A stretch of 64,000 nt of DNA. It comes from an uncultured Clostridia bacterium (GTDB taxonomy: Bacteria; Bacillota; Clostridia; TANB77; CAG-508). Positions 22,201 to 30,491 of the stretch are shown here, piece by piece. The first letter of the stretch is position 1. Each line of letters begins with the position of its first letter. The notes under the pieces are model-generated. The model ran no database searches. It was not told where the DNA came from and saw only the letters and a program-made list of their open reading frames with translations. The DNA is taken from assembly GCA_963558395.1 (NCBI GenBank), contig CAUWGE010000005.1:114-64113 (forward strand). Direction: 5' to 3'. The position numbers and the translations under genes are program-made.

Positions 22201-22508
22201 TTTATTAATCCTTCTGAATTAATTTCTATTGCAGTTGCTAATATATGTTTGCAAGTTCCATATGTTTTTTCATAGTCCATACAATCGCAGCTTAATGCTT
22301 CTATTTCTCCATTATGTATTCCTATATATGTATGATATTTGTCTAGGTTTCCATCTACTAATGCACGAATTGAAAAATTATCTTCGTCTTCTTTTATAAT
22401 CTTGGTTATTTTTACTTTATTCTCTTTTACAATTCTTATTGCTTTATCTCTTCTTTCTTTTCCTGCTGACACCTCTAAATCGTGCATTACTCCCCCATTT
22501 ATTAGCAT
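19233..22508 (-). CDS. SNF2-family helicase/ATPase with N-terminal SWIM zinc finger (YwqA-like)
   Basis: SWIM CxCx(n)CxH: CDCMDYEKTYGTCKHILA. SNF2_N motifs ILADDMGLGKT and DEAQYIKN. Helicase_C motifs LKAGGTGLNL and QATDRTYRIGQ. Confidence 0.85.
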   Translation of the reverse strand: MLINGGVMHDLEVSAGKERRDKAIRIVKENKVKITKIIKEDEDNFSIRALVDGNLDKYHTYIGIHNGEIEALSCDCMDYEKTYGTCKHILATAIEINSEGLINKEGSKKENKKTEKYRIYRQMINSFYEEERKEENRNSILIDKVKIVPKLIYKSDLKTFRLEIKIGNKQMYKIKDLTEFYTNMLNKETHKYGARLEFMHIKENFEEESLDILEYILKYAEIIKYTNEVGSRYSISALDKAYIAVSNSGLDEIFDILKGKEIEIANEYLTESVVFVDKEPNIEFKIKSKNKEEYALTTNVDIFDYIILKGKEYIYLWRDEKIYRCSKEYENSVIKLLDTFKINFTKEIVFKKEEFADFYSLVMPLIKGKVNLDEVNYEEIKEYMPRKLKVKVFLDYNRKNYITVDLKFAYDDFEFSPFKELEKQIPRNAVEESKVLDMFRTSGFMYDKTNNKLVLVKDEDIYNFLNEGIEEYIAKFEVMATEDFRKKQIIKPKISSVGVKIENNLLSIDLSNIDIDKSEIAEIMKKYKLKKKFFRLKSGEFVELENNNTMKMLEDISENTGASFEELLSGDLKLPIYRGMYLDKILKQNKNIVLKQNEEYRKLVEDVESVQISDKFEVPNGIHANLREYQKVGFDWLKTLDTYKLGGILADDMGLGKTIQLLAVIMSYIENTRERKPSIVVCPSSLSLNWKEEAAKFTPDLKVVVINGSSEQREDLIKSIPKYDIIITSYDLLKRDIDIYKKYNYNFRYIIADEAQYIKNNNTQNAKVIKEINAETKYALTGTPIENSIAELWSIFDFIMPGYLYSYNKFKIQYETPISKDGDKDAMARLKNMIEPFVLRRVKENVLTELPDKTITVLNNEMSGEQLKLYLSFMESAKKTAKEEIMANGIANSQIKILALLMRLRQICCHPGLFIDNYEGESSKLTQCTEIIKDAVKGGHKILLFSGYSSMFGYIEEELKKENINFFKLTGQTKVEQRMEMVNEFNTNDNIKVFLILLKAGGTGLNLIGADMVIHYDPWWNLSAENQATDRTYRIGQKRNVQVYKLITKNSIEEKIYNLQERKAKLADDMLSTKETFISRLSKDEIMDLFE

Positions 22509-22721
22509 ATCTTCCTCCACTTATATAATTCATTTAACCTAGTGAAATATTATATCATAAAACCTCAAAATGAACAAGTATAATTTTCTCTTATGGTACA
22601 AGAACAAAAGAGGCATGATTAATATTTTTCAACATTTTTAATAACTTTTCATCCCTCGTCTTTGTTCGCCCGCCAAATTTTATGAAATAAAATTTGTGCA
22701 CGAATGTTTAGCGAAGCTTTT

Positions 22722-22790
22722 TATATAATAGGAAAGTTTGGAAAACTTTCCTATTATATAAAAATAGTCCATAAGTATGGACCATTTTTA
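22722..22790 (-). terminator. Two tandem hairpins downstream of the oxidoreductase operon (bidirectional terminator region)
   Basis: GTCCAT-aagt-ATGGAC (22767..22782) flanked by A/T runs, then the 17-bp perfect palindrome TATATAATAGGAAAGTT..AACTTTCCTATTATATA (22722..22760). Confidence 0.6.
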
Positions 22791-22810
22791 TTTTTTTATC
22801 TTTTTATCTT

Positions 22811-23761
22811 TTAATCTTTTTTATTTGTCATTTCTTCTTTTGCCAAAAGCTCATTCCATCTTCTGTCTATTTCTTCTTGGAATTTTTCTATCATCCATTC
22901 ATTTCCTGGTTTAAACATATGTTTAAATCTCTTTTGTGGCTTTAGGAATTCTTCTATTGGTAATTTTTTAGCTGGTTTTGATACATGATATACCCCATCT
23001 ACAACTTCATAGATTGGCCAATAGCAAGTATCTACTGCAAGTTTATTTATTTTCATTAAATCTTCAGTAGGATATCCCCATCCTCTTGGGCATGGTGCTA
23101 ATACATTTAAAAATTTAGCTCCTGGTGTGTAAATTGCTTTTTCCGCTTTTTCATATAAATCTTTGAAATTCATATATGCTATTGTTTGTGCTACATATGG
23201 CAAATGATGTGCCACCATAATTTCTGTTAAATCTTTTCTTGATTGCAATTTTCCTGGAATTACTGTTCCTGCTGGTGATGTTGTTGTATCTGCAAATTCT
23301 GGCGTTGCAGATGAACGCTGAATACCTGTGTTCATGTATGCTCCGTTATTGTAGCATACATATGTCATGTCATGGCCTCTCTCCATTGCACCAGATAGTG
23401 CTTGAATTCCTATATCGTATGTTCCTCCATCTCCTCCAAAGCAGATGAATTTTGTATTTTCGTTTTCTGGAATTTTCCCTTGCTTTTTCAAAGCTTTATA
23501 TGCTGCTTCTGCACCTGAAGCATTTGCTGCTGCACATTCAAATGCAGTGTGAATATATGAATCAGTCCAAGATGTATATGGATAAATACATGTTGATACT
23601 TCCATACATCCTGTTGCATTAGATACTACAACATGATCTTCTTTATGAACAGCTCTTAATATCATTCTTGCAACAGGTGGTGCTCCACACCCTGCACACA
23701 TTCTATGTCCTGCTGAAAATCTTGAGGGCTTTTCAGCTACTATCTCTTTTACATTATACAT
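22811..23761 (-). CDS. porB: 2-oxoacid(pyruvate/2-ketoisovalerate):ferredoxin oxidoreductase, beta (TPP-binding) subunit
   Basis: 316 aa with CAGCG near the N-terminus and the GGDGGTYDIG TPP motif. Confidence 0.85.
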   Translation of the reverse strand: MYNVKEIVAEKPSRFSAGHRMCAGCGAPPVARMILRAVHKEDHVVVSNATGCMEVSTCIYPYTSWTDSYIHTAFECAAANASGAEAAYKALKKQGKIPENENTKFICFGGDGGTYDIGIQALSGAMERGHDMTYVCYNNGAYMNTGIQRSSATPEFADTTTSPAGTVIPGKLQSRKDLTEIMVAHHLPYVAQTIAYMNFKDLYEKAEKAIYTPGAKFLNVLAPCPRGWGYPTEDLMKINKLAVDTCYWPIYEVVDGVYHVSKPAKKLPIEEFLKPQKRFKHMFKPGNEWMIEKFQEEIDRRWNELLAKEEMTNKKD

Positions 23762-23791
23762 AGTTTTTTCTACCTTTCTATTTATATTTAT

Positions 23792-24973
23792 TTAGCTATT
23801 TTTTGTTTTTAATCCTAAAAATCTATATGGGTTCTCCATATCCTTTAGTTCTATAAGCTCATTATATACTTTATTAATTTGTTCTTCTGTAACATCTCTT
23901 CCACCTACACCATAACTATAATTTATTACTGGTACTTTAATATTTTCAACATACATTCCAGATACTACATCTTGGAATAATGGTCCTCCTGTTTGGTTTA
24001 TAATAGGTGTTTTATCTAAAACTGCTACTGCTTTTGCTTTAGCTAGTTTTTTTGCAATTTCTTCTCCTGGAAATGGTCTGAATACTCTTATTTTTAGTAG
24101 TCCTACTTTTATTCCATTTGCTCTTAATTTATCTATTACATTTTTTACTGTTCCAGCAGTTGAATTCATACAAACTATTACATATTCAGCATCATCCATT
24201 TGATATTCTTCAAATAATTCATATTTTCTACCTGTAAGTTCTTCAAATTCTTTTGATACATCTAAAATAACCTGTTTAGCATTTTTCATTGCTTCCCATT
24301 GTTGTTTCTTGTGTTCAAATAAATATGCTTGTAAATCCATTGGCCCCATAGATACTGGATTTTCTCTATTTAACAAATAATGTTCTGGCTTGTACTTTCC
24401 TATGAATTCTTTTACTTTTTCTGTTTCTAAGAGTTCTATATTTTCTATTGAGTGTGATGTTATAAATCCATCCTGACATACCATAAGTGGTAGATTAACG
24501 TCTTTGTGTTCTGCTATTCTATGTGCCATAAGCATATTATCATATGCTTCTTGGTTTGTTTCTGAAAATAGCATCACCCAACCACTATCTCTAACCGCCA
24601 TTGCATCTGAATGATCACTGTGTATATTTAGTGGACCAGATATCGCTCTATTTACTAATGCCATTACTATTGGTAATCTCATGCTTGATGCTATGTGTAC
24701 CATTTCCCACATATACTCTAATCCATTGGCAGATGTAGCAGTCATAGCTCTTGCTCCTGCTGCCTCTGCACCTATGCAAGCACTCATTGCACTGTGCTCA
24801 CTTTCTACTGCGACAAATTCTGTATCTACTTCCCCATTGTCTACATATGAAGAAAAATACTGTGGTATTTCTGTTGAAGGTGTTATTGGGAATGCTGCTA
24901 CAACATCTGGATTTATTTGTTTCATCGCATATGCTGTTGCTTCATTTCCACTTAATCTTTCTCTAATACTCAT
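23792..24973 (-). CDS. porA: 2-oxoacid:ferredoxin oxidoreductase, alpha subunit
   Basis: 393 aa; GNEATAYAMKQINPDVVAAFPITPSTEI is typical of PorA/VorA N-termini. Confidence 0.85.
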   Translation of the reverse strand: MSIRERLSGNEATAYAMKQINPDVVAAFPITPSTEIPQYFSSYVDNGEVDTEFVAVESEHSAMSACIGAEAAGARAMTATSANGLEYMWEMVHIASSMRLPIVMALVNRAISGPLNIHSDHSDAMAVRDSGWVMLFSETNQEAYDNMLMAHRIAEHKDVNLPLMVCQDGFITSHSIENIELLETEKVKEFIGKYKPEHYLLNRENPVSMGPMDLQAYLFEHKKQQWEAMKNAKQVILDVSKEFEELTGRKYELFEEYQMDDAEYVIVCMNSTAGTVKNVIDKLRANGIKVGLLKIRVFRPFPGEEIAKKLAKAKAVAVLDKTPIINQTGGPLFQDVVSGMYVENIKVPVINYSYGVGGRDVTEEQINKVYNELIELKDMENPYRFLGLKTKNS

Positions 24974-24975
24974 AT

Positions 24976-25266
24976 TTATTTATCCTCCTCTTTCATAACG
25001 ATTGCTCCAAATGGACATACTTTTGCACATACTCCGCACCCCTTGCAAAAATCATAATTAAAGTCTTCTCTCTTTTGTTCTTTATTTACTGGGATTGCAT
25101 CATCTGGGCATACTGGAAAGCATAGTCCACATTGTCTACATTTTTCTGGAATATATACCGGCTTTTGACTTCTCCAATCACCAGTTTTAAATTCCTTAGA
25201 ATTTCCTGCTTCGTAAATCATTCCCCCTGGGGTCATTTCCTCCCATGGTGTGTTTTTATCTATCAT
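24976..25266 (-). CDS. porD: 2-oxoacid:ferredoxin oxidoreductase, delta (2x[4Fe-4S]) subunit
   Basis: 96 aa with CRQCGLCFPVCP and CKGCGVCAKVCP. Confidence 0.85.
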   Translation of the reverse strand: MIDKNTPWEEMTPGGMIYEAGNSKEFKTGDWRSQKPVYIPEKCRQCGLCFPVCPDDAIPVNKEQKREDFNYDFCKGCGVCAKVCPFGAIVMKEEDK

Positions 25267-25290
25267 AATTTTTTACCTCCTATTTTAAGC

Positions 25291-25872
25291 TTATTGAACT
25301 TTCTTTACTTGTTTTAAAGCTTCTTTTATTGCCTGCATATTTCCATCTATTACTTCTGGTTTTTTGGCAAATTTATGTTTAAAAGATCCTTCCATATCTT
25401 TTATAAAGGCTTCATCTTCCATTATTTCTGTTACTTTTACAATTGCTGCAAGCATTGGTGTATTTGGAAAATATTTGCCTAATGCTTCTTCTGATATTTT
25501 CTTAGCGTCTATTGTATATACACTTCCATTATACCCATTTAAAAGTGGTTTTATTTCATCTATTCCTTTTGTTGTATTGATTATTATTGCTCCTTCTTCT
25601 TTTAGTCCATCTGTAACTGGTACTGCCGAAAGCAAAGTATCGTCTACTACAACTACATAATCTGGCTCATATACATTGCTATGTACTCTTATTGGATTTA
25701 CACTTATTCTGTTATATGCTGTCATTGGAGCACCCATTCTCTCTGGTCCATATTCTGGAAATCCTTGTATGTACTTTCCCGTATTAAATGCTGCATCTGC
25801 TAAAAGCAATGAAGCAGTTTTTGCTCCTTGACCGCCTCTACCGTGCCATCTTATCTCAATTAAATCTTTCAT
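25291..25872 (-). CDS. porG: 2-oxoacid:ferredoxin oxidoreductase, gamma subunit
   Basis: 193 aa with RWHGRGGQGAKTAS. The gamma-delta-alpha-beta gene order matches four-subunit OFORs. Confidence 0.85.
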   Translation of the reverse strand: MKDLIEIRWHGRGGQGAKTASLLLADAAFNTGKYIQGFPEYGPERMGAPMTAYNRISVNPIRVHSNVYEPDYVVVVDDTLLSAVPVTDGLKEEGAIIINTTKGIDEIKPLLNGYNGSVYTIDAKKISEEALGKYFPNTPMLAAIVKVTEIMEDEAFIKDMEGSFKHKFAKKPEVIDGNMQAIKEALKQVKKVQ

Positions 25873-25974
25873 TAATTGCCTCCTTTATTTTAATATTAGT
25901 TACTCTAGTTTATTTTACTTTTGCATGTTTAATTCATTTTTATTACCTTTAAGAATTTATATTCTCATACATAT

Positions 25975-26003
25975 TTTATATACTTATTTTATTATTTTGT
26001 CAA
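25975..26003 (-). promoter_or_regulatory. Predicted sigmaA promoter of the oxidoreductase operon (TTGACA-17-TATAAA)
   Basis: Minus strand: TTGACAaaataataaaataagtaTATAAA, about 100 nt upstream of the porG ATG. Confidence 0.45.
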
Positions 26004-26070
26004 TGGATATATTCGACTAACCTTTCTAAAAACAAAAGGCACAAGATTAATTTTATTTTAATTTTCTTTT

Positions 26071-26095
26071 AAAAAAATCAGGGGCAAAAGCCCCC
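26071..26095 (-). terminator. Intrinsic terminator after the 65-aa membrane-protein gene
   Basis: Minus strand: GGGGC-uuuu-GCCCC followed by UGAUUUUUUU. Confidence 0.7.
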
Positions 26096-26100
26096 TTACT

Positions 26101-26298
26101 TTAAAACAGCCGTATGAGTGAAACTAATACCCATACACATACAAAAAATGCACCTCCGATAATTCCTAAAATAAGTAACAATATTATTACAGCTGCTAAT
26201 AAGTTACCCAAAAAAATTGCCAACATAATTAGTAGTAGCTGTCCGTCACTTATAAAGCATGATAACCGGTCTTTAATTTTTCTTTTTAAATTTTCCAT
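26101..26298 (-). CDS. Small hydrophobic protein (65 aa, two predicted TM helices), unknown function
   Basis: MENLKRKIKDRLSCFISDGQLLLIMLAIFLGNLLAAVIILLLILGIIGGAFFVCVWVLVSLIRLF. AGGAGG SD 5 nt before the ATG. The ORF-track N-terminal extension overlaps its own promoter, so I trimmed it. Confidence 0.55.
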   Translation of the reverse strand: MENLKRKIKDRLSCFISDGQLLLIMLAIFLGNLLAAVIILLLILGIIGGAFFVCVWVLVSLIRLF

Positions 26299-26356
26299 AT
26301 GCTTCCTCCTGTATGCTGCCTTTATTTTATTTAGAGTCCAAAAGACATGTATAATT

Positions 26357-26385
26357 ATTATAGACGCATTTTTTATATGTGTCAA
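26357..26385 (-). promoter_or_regulatory. Perfect consensus sigmaA promoter (TTGACA-17-TATAAT) for the 65-aa membrane protein
   Basis: Minus strand: TTGACAcatataaaaaatgcgtcTATAAT, directly after the ferredoxin terminator hairpin (about 26391..26433). Confidence 0.6.
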
Positions 26386-26444
26386 GAAAAAGCACTTATA
26401 TATGTGTTTAACTACATATATAAAGTGCTTTATTTATGTATATA

Positions 26445-26624
26445 CTAGTTATTTTCATCTAAGCCTGGTGCCCCAACTGGACAAACTGATGCGCATGCTC
26501 CACATTCTATGCATTGCTCTTTATCAATAACATATTGATTTTCGCCTTGAGATATACATCCCATTGGGCAACTAGCTGCACATGCTCCACAACTTACACA
26601 TTTATCACTAATTTTATATGCCAT
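26445..26624 (-). CDS. fdx: Clostridial-type 2x[4Fe-4S] ferredoxin (59 aa)
   Basis: Below the ORF-track size cut-off. Hand translation: MAYKISDKCVSCGACAASCPMGCISQGENQYVIDKEQCIECGACASVCPVGAPGLDENN*. It has two CxxCxxCxxxCP motifs, an AAGGTGGTGA SD, and a ~17-bp terminator stem downstream. Confidence 0.85.
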   Translation of the reverse strand: MAYKISDKCVSCGACAASCPMGCISQGENQYVIDKEQCIECGACASVCPVGAPGLDENN

Positions 26625-26649
26625 ATTTTTTCACCACCTTTCAAATCTC

Positions 26650-27576
26650 TTATATTTCTTCATCATTAGAATTTTTTTGTTCAAATCTATCCATTTTTTC
26701 TAATTCTTCTAACTCTTTTAGCTCTTCTTCTGTTGCATCTAATTCTATGTCTTTTTTACCATCTTTTATGACATTAACATCTTCTGCACTAAATTTTTTA
26801 TAATAAAAGTTTCCGTCTTCATCTTGCATCTTAACTCTTAATATTTCATTTAGTACTTCTATTCCTTCAACTATTCCTTCTCCATCTTTTGTGTTTACTA
26901 TTGCTCCAATCTTAGGCAACTTTTTCATTTTTTCTTCGTAAACATTTTGCTCAAATTTCAAACAGCACATTAGCCTTCCACATTTTCCTGTAATTTTTGC
27001 ACTATTTAATGATAGATTCTGCTCTTTTGCCATTTTTATTGAAACTGTATCAAATTTATTTAAGAATGAACAACAACATAGTTCTCTTCCACAAATTCCA
27101 TTCCCGCCCATTCTTTTAATTTCATCTCTTACTCCAATTTGTCTTAATTCAATTCTTGTTCTAAATATACTTGCTAAATCTTTTACTAAATTTCTAAAAT
27201 CTATCCTATTTTCCGCTGTAAAATAAAACAATAACTTCGAATTATCAAATAAATATTTTGCTTCTACTAAATTCATTTTCAGTTTGTGCTCTTTTATTTT
27301 TTTATTGCAAATATCAAAAGCTTTTTTTTCATTTTTTAGATTTTCTTCATTATGCTTTTTATCTTCTTTAGTCGCTATCCTTATAATTTTTCTTAAATTC
27401 TTATTCATTTTTTCTTCTGGAAGCTCTCTAGAATTTACTGTAACTGTTCCGAATTCTTGTCCTAAAGTTGTTTCTACTATAACATTGTCACCATTTCTTA
27501 TATCTAGTTTTTCTTCTACATTAAAAAAATATATTTTCCCCGGCTTTTTAAACCTAACTCCTATAACTTTACCCAT
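26650..27576 (-). CDS. ricT: PSP1-domain protein YaaT/RicT (stage 0 sporulation / RNase Y maturation complex)
   Basis: 308 aa; MGKVIGVRFKKPGKIYFF start; Cys cluster ICGRELCCCSFL...CGRLMCCLKFE is typical of YaaT. Follows holB. Confidence 0.85.
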   Translation of the reverse strand: MGKVIGVRFKKPGKIYFFNVEEKLDIRNGDNVIVETTLGQEFGTVTVNSRELPEEKMNKNLRKIIRIATKEDKKHNEENLKNEKKAFDICNKKIKEHKLKMNLVEAKYLFDNSKLLFYFTAENRIDFRNLVKDLASIFRTRIELRQIGVRDEIKRMGGNGICGRELCCCSFLNKFDTVSIKMAKEQNLSLNSAKITGKCGRLMCCLKFEQNVYEEKMKKLPKIGAIVNTKDGEGIVEGIEVLNEILRVKMQDEDGNFYYKKFSAEDVNVIKDGKKDIELDATEEELKELEELEKMDRFEQKNSNDEEI

Positions 27577-28432
27577 TACATTCCTCCACTATTTTCATAA
27601 GCATATAATCTACTGACATATCAAAATTATTGTTTGATATTACCTTTTTCTTTGTTTCTTCAATAATACTTATGGCTTTGGCACATTTTATATTAGTTTT
27701 ACTTTTTTCAAAAAATATAATAGTTAGAAAATCCAATAAATTCATTATATCATCTTTAGCTGAATATAATAATTCTGCCTCTTTAAACGCACTTAGTAAG
27801 TCACCCTTTTCTAGTAAATCTGCTAATTTTTTTAGTAATATATATGAATCTTTTTTTGATGCTATTTTGTCTGCATTTTCTAAACTGCCATTGCATAATT
27901 TTATTATTAACTCATCATCAGTATTTAATTTATTTTTAATTTGTTCATCTGTTAATTCATCAAATTTAATTATAACACATCTAGATTTTATAGTTTGTAA
28001 AATCTTGCTTTCGTTTGAACATAAAAGTATTATCATTGCATATTCTGGTGGTTCTTCCAATGTTTTTAGTAAACAGTTTTGACTTTCTTCTGACATACAT
28101 TCGCTTCCGTCAATAATGTATACTTTTTTGTTTGCTACAATTGGCTTTTCTACTATTCTTGCTTGCATATTACGTATTTGATCTATCTTTAAGGTTTTGC
28201 CATCTGGACTTATTATAGAAAAGTCTGGATTACTTCCAGCTTCAAATTTGACGCAAGATTCGCAGTCATTTGTTCCTAAACACATCGCTTTTTTTGCAAG
28301 TTCTTTTGCAAATAACTTTTTACCTATTCCAGACTTACCTACAAATAAATAACTATGTGATATATTTCCTGATTTTATAGAATTTATTAGTGATTTTTTT
28401 ACTGTTTCGTTTCCTAATATTTTTTCAAACAA
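27569..28432 (-). CDS. holB: DNA polymerase III delta' subunit
   Basis: 287 aa; HSYLFVGKSGIGKKLFA P-loop-like motif, Zn module CxxCxxC (CLGTNDCESCVKF), and LLKTLEEPP. Confidence 0.8.
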   Translation of the reverse strand: MFEKILGNETVKKSLINSIKSGNISHSYLFVGKSGIGKKLFAKELAKKAMCLGTNDCESCVKFEAGSNPDFSIISPDGKTLKIDQIRNMQARIVEKPIVANKKVYIIDGSECMSEESQNCLLKTLEEPPEYAMIILLCSNESKILQTIKSRCVIIKFDELTDEQIKNKLNTDDELIIKLCNGSLENADKIASKKDSYILLKKLADLLEKGDLLSAFKEAELLYSAKDDIMNLLDFLTIIFFEKSKTNIKCAKAISIIEETKKKVISNNNFDMSVDYMLMKIVEECNG

Positions 28433-28434
28433 TT

Positions 28435-29067
28435 TTAAACCTCTCCAAATTTATTTAGTGGCCAAAATCTTATAGCAACTGTACTTTCAATTTTTTCTAG
28501 CGGAACGCATCCAAATGCTCTGCAATCTTTTGACCCCTCTCTATTGTCTCCCATTGCAAACACACATCCTTCTGGTACTATAAAGTTATTAAGTACTCCT
28601 GTTGGATTTGTTACAACTGAATCTTCTAAATAGCCTTCTTCTAACTTTGCTCCATTTATATATACATTTCCATCTTTAATTTCAACATGTTCGCCTGGAA
28701 GGGCTATAACTCTTTTTATATAGCTTTCTTTTCCCAATTCTAATACATAGTAAGTAAATTTTTCCCACCAATGAACTGGTTCATTATCATATTTTGCTAC
28801 TGGATTTGCAATATCATTTATAGTTAATCCTGATGCATTGTTGCTTGGTGCTTCAAATGTTATGATTTCTCCTCTTTTTGGCATCTTCTTAAATGTTCTA
28901 GTTAGCCTGTTTAATATCAATCTGTCATCTTGTACTAATGTAGGATACATTGAAGATTGCCTTACTATTGTTGGCGTTCCTACAAAATATTTTATTAGAA
29001 TTGCTATTACAACTGCTATTACAATGCAATATACCCATTCTAAAACATTTTTTATTTTATCATTCAT
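28435..29067 (-). CDS. lepB: Signal peptidase I
   Basis: SMYPTL (catalytic Ser box), KRVIALPGE (Lys box), GDNREGSKDCR. ATG overlaps the kinase stop. Confidence 0.85.
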   Translation of the reverse strand: MNDKIKNVLEWVYCIVIAVVIAILIKYFVGTPTIVRQSSMYPTLVQDDRLILNRLTRTFKKMPKRGEIITFEAPSNNASGLTINDIANPVAKYDNEPVHWWEKFTYYVLELGKESYIKRVIALPGEHVEIKDGNVYINGAKLEEGYLEDSVVTNPTGVLNNFIVPEGCVFAMGDNREGSKDCRAFGCVPLEKIESTVAIRFWPLNKFGEV

Positions 29068-30464
29068 TTATTTATTGTCCTTTCACGTGCGACTACCGGT
29101 ATTTTTATAACTACCTCTGTTCCTTCATTAACCTTACTTTTTATGTCTAAACTACCATTGTTTTTTTCAATAATTTCTTTTGCTATTGAAAGACCTAGGC
29201 CCGTTCCTCCATATTGTCTAGAACGCGCTTTATCTACTCTATAAAATCTCTCAAAAATGCGTTCTAAATCTTCCTTTGGAATTCCTATTCCTGTATCTTT
29301 TATTTTTACATATGCATCATTATGAACATATCCTACATATATATCTATTTTTCCACCTTCTGGTGTATATTTTATACTATTACTTAATATATTTAATATT
29401 ACTCTTTCTATTCCATCTTTATCTGCATATACTTTTGGAACATTTGCTGTCACAAAACATTGTGCGTTCTGATTTTTTCGTTTTATTTCTATGTCAAATC
29501 TTTCTTTACAAGATTTAACTAATTCGCCTAATTCAAACTCACTTACAATTCTTCTTTCTTTATTTGTATCGTATTTTGAAAGCGTAAGTAAATCTTGAAC
29601 TAATTTTTCCATCCTATTCGCATTATCATTAATAACCTGTAAAAAATGTTTTTGAGTTTCTTCATCACAGTCAGTATCTATAAGTGTTTCTGAATAACCT
29701 TTAATTGAGGTAATTGGTGTTTTTAATTCGTGTGATACATCTGCTACAAATTCTTTTCTTATATTATCTAATTTCACATGTTCTGTAATATCTTGAATTA
29801 CAACCATAACACCTTCTGGTATATCTACTTCATCTCTATATGGAATAAAGAATAAGTTCATTGAACCTTTATCATTTTCTATTTTCTTTTCTGAGGAAGT
29901 CCAATTTTCCAAATAAATTATTTTTTCCATATTAATATCTTTATATTTTCCAAAAATATCAATAAATTTTAAATTGTCTGAACTTATCTCAAGCATTTTT
30001 TTTGCAGCTGGATTTACATATGTTATATCTCCATTCATATTAAATGTAATAACTCCATCTGTCATATGCTTTAATATTGTTTCTTTTTGTTTTTTTTCAC
30101 TGTTTGCGTCTTTTAAATTTTGCTTTAATTCACCTACTATTTCATTTACTGATTCTGTAAGATCATCTTCTGGGGCATTTATTTCTAAATTATTAATGTC
30201 TGTACTAAATGCAGCCCTTCTTGCACCTTTCAACATTTTAGACATCGGCTCTATATATTTTTTCACTTCTATTATGGCTATTATAATTGTACAAATAGAA
30301 AATATTACTATTCCAATTATTGTCCCTGTTCTTATTTCTGATGCATACTCTGCATTTTTTATTCCTTTTTCTATAATATTCGAGAATGTTATTCCCATAG
30401 TACTAATTATTAATATTCCTATGGTGTAAATCCATAGAATAATTTTCATTTGAAAATTTTTCAC
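29064..30464 (-). CDS. Sensor histidine kinase (2 TM, PAS, HisKA, HATPase_c; PhoR/WalK-like)
   Basis: H-box FVADVSHELKTPITSIKGY, N-box LSNSIKYTP, G-boxes DTGIGIP and GGTGLGLSIAKEI. Confidence 0.85.
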   Translation of the reverse strand: MKNFQMKIILWIYTIGILIISTMGITFSNIIEKGIKNAEYASEIRTGTIIGIVIFSICTIIIAIIEVKKYIEPMSKMLKGARRAAFSTDINNLEINAPEDDLTESVNEIVGELKQNLKDANSEKKQKETILKHMTDGVITFNMNGDITYVNPAAKKMLEISSDNLKFIDIFGKYKDINMEKIIYLENWTSSEKKIENDKGSMNLFFIPYRDEVDIPEGVMVVIQDITEHVKLDNIRKEFVADVSHELKTPITSIKGYSETLIDTDCDEETQKHFLQVINDNANRMEKLVQDLLTLSKYDTNKERRIVSEFELGELVKSCKERFDIEIKRKNQNAQCFVTANVPKVYADKDGIERVILNILSNSIKYTPEGGKIDIYVGYVHNDAYVKIKDTGIGIPKEDLERIFERFYRVDKARSRQYGGTGLGLSIAKEIIEKNNGSLDIKSKVNEGTEVVIKIPVVARERTINK

Positions 30465-30491
30465 AAATTGCCTCCATCATTTTGCTTTGTT

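Noticed and set aside
26114-26530. 138-aa plus-strand ORF spanning the small membrane-protein gene, its promoter and part of the ferredoxin gene
   Set aside because: It crosses two terminators and a promoter belonging to minus-strand units and has no SD. The ferredoxin frame on the opposite strand has unmistakable CxxCxxCxxxCP motifs.
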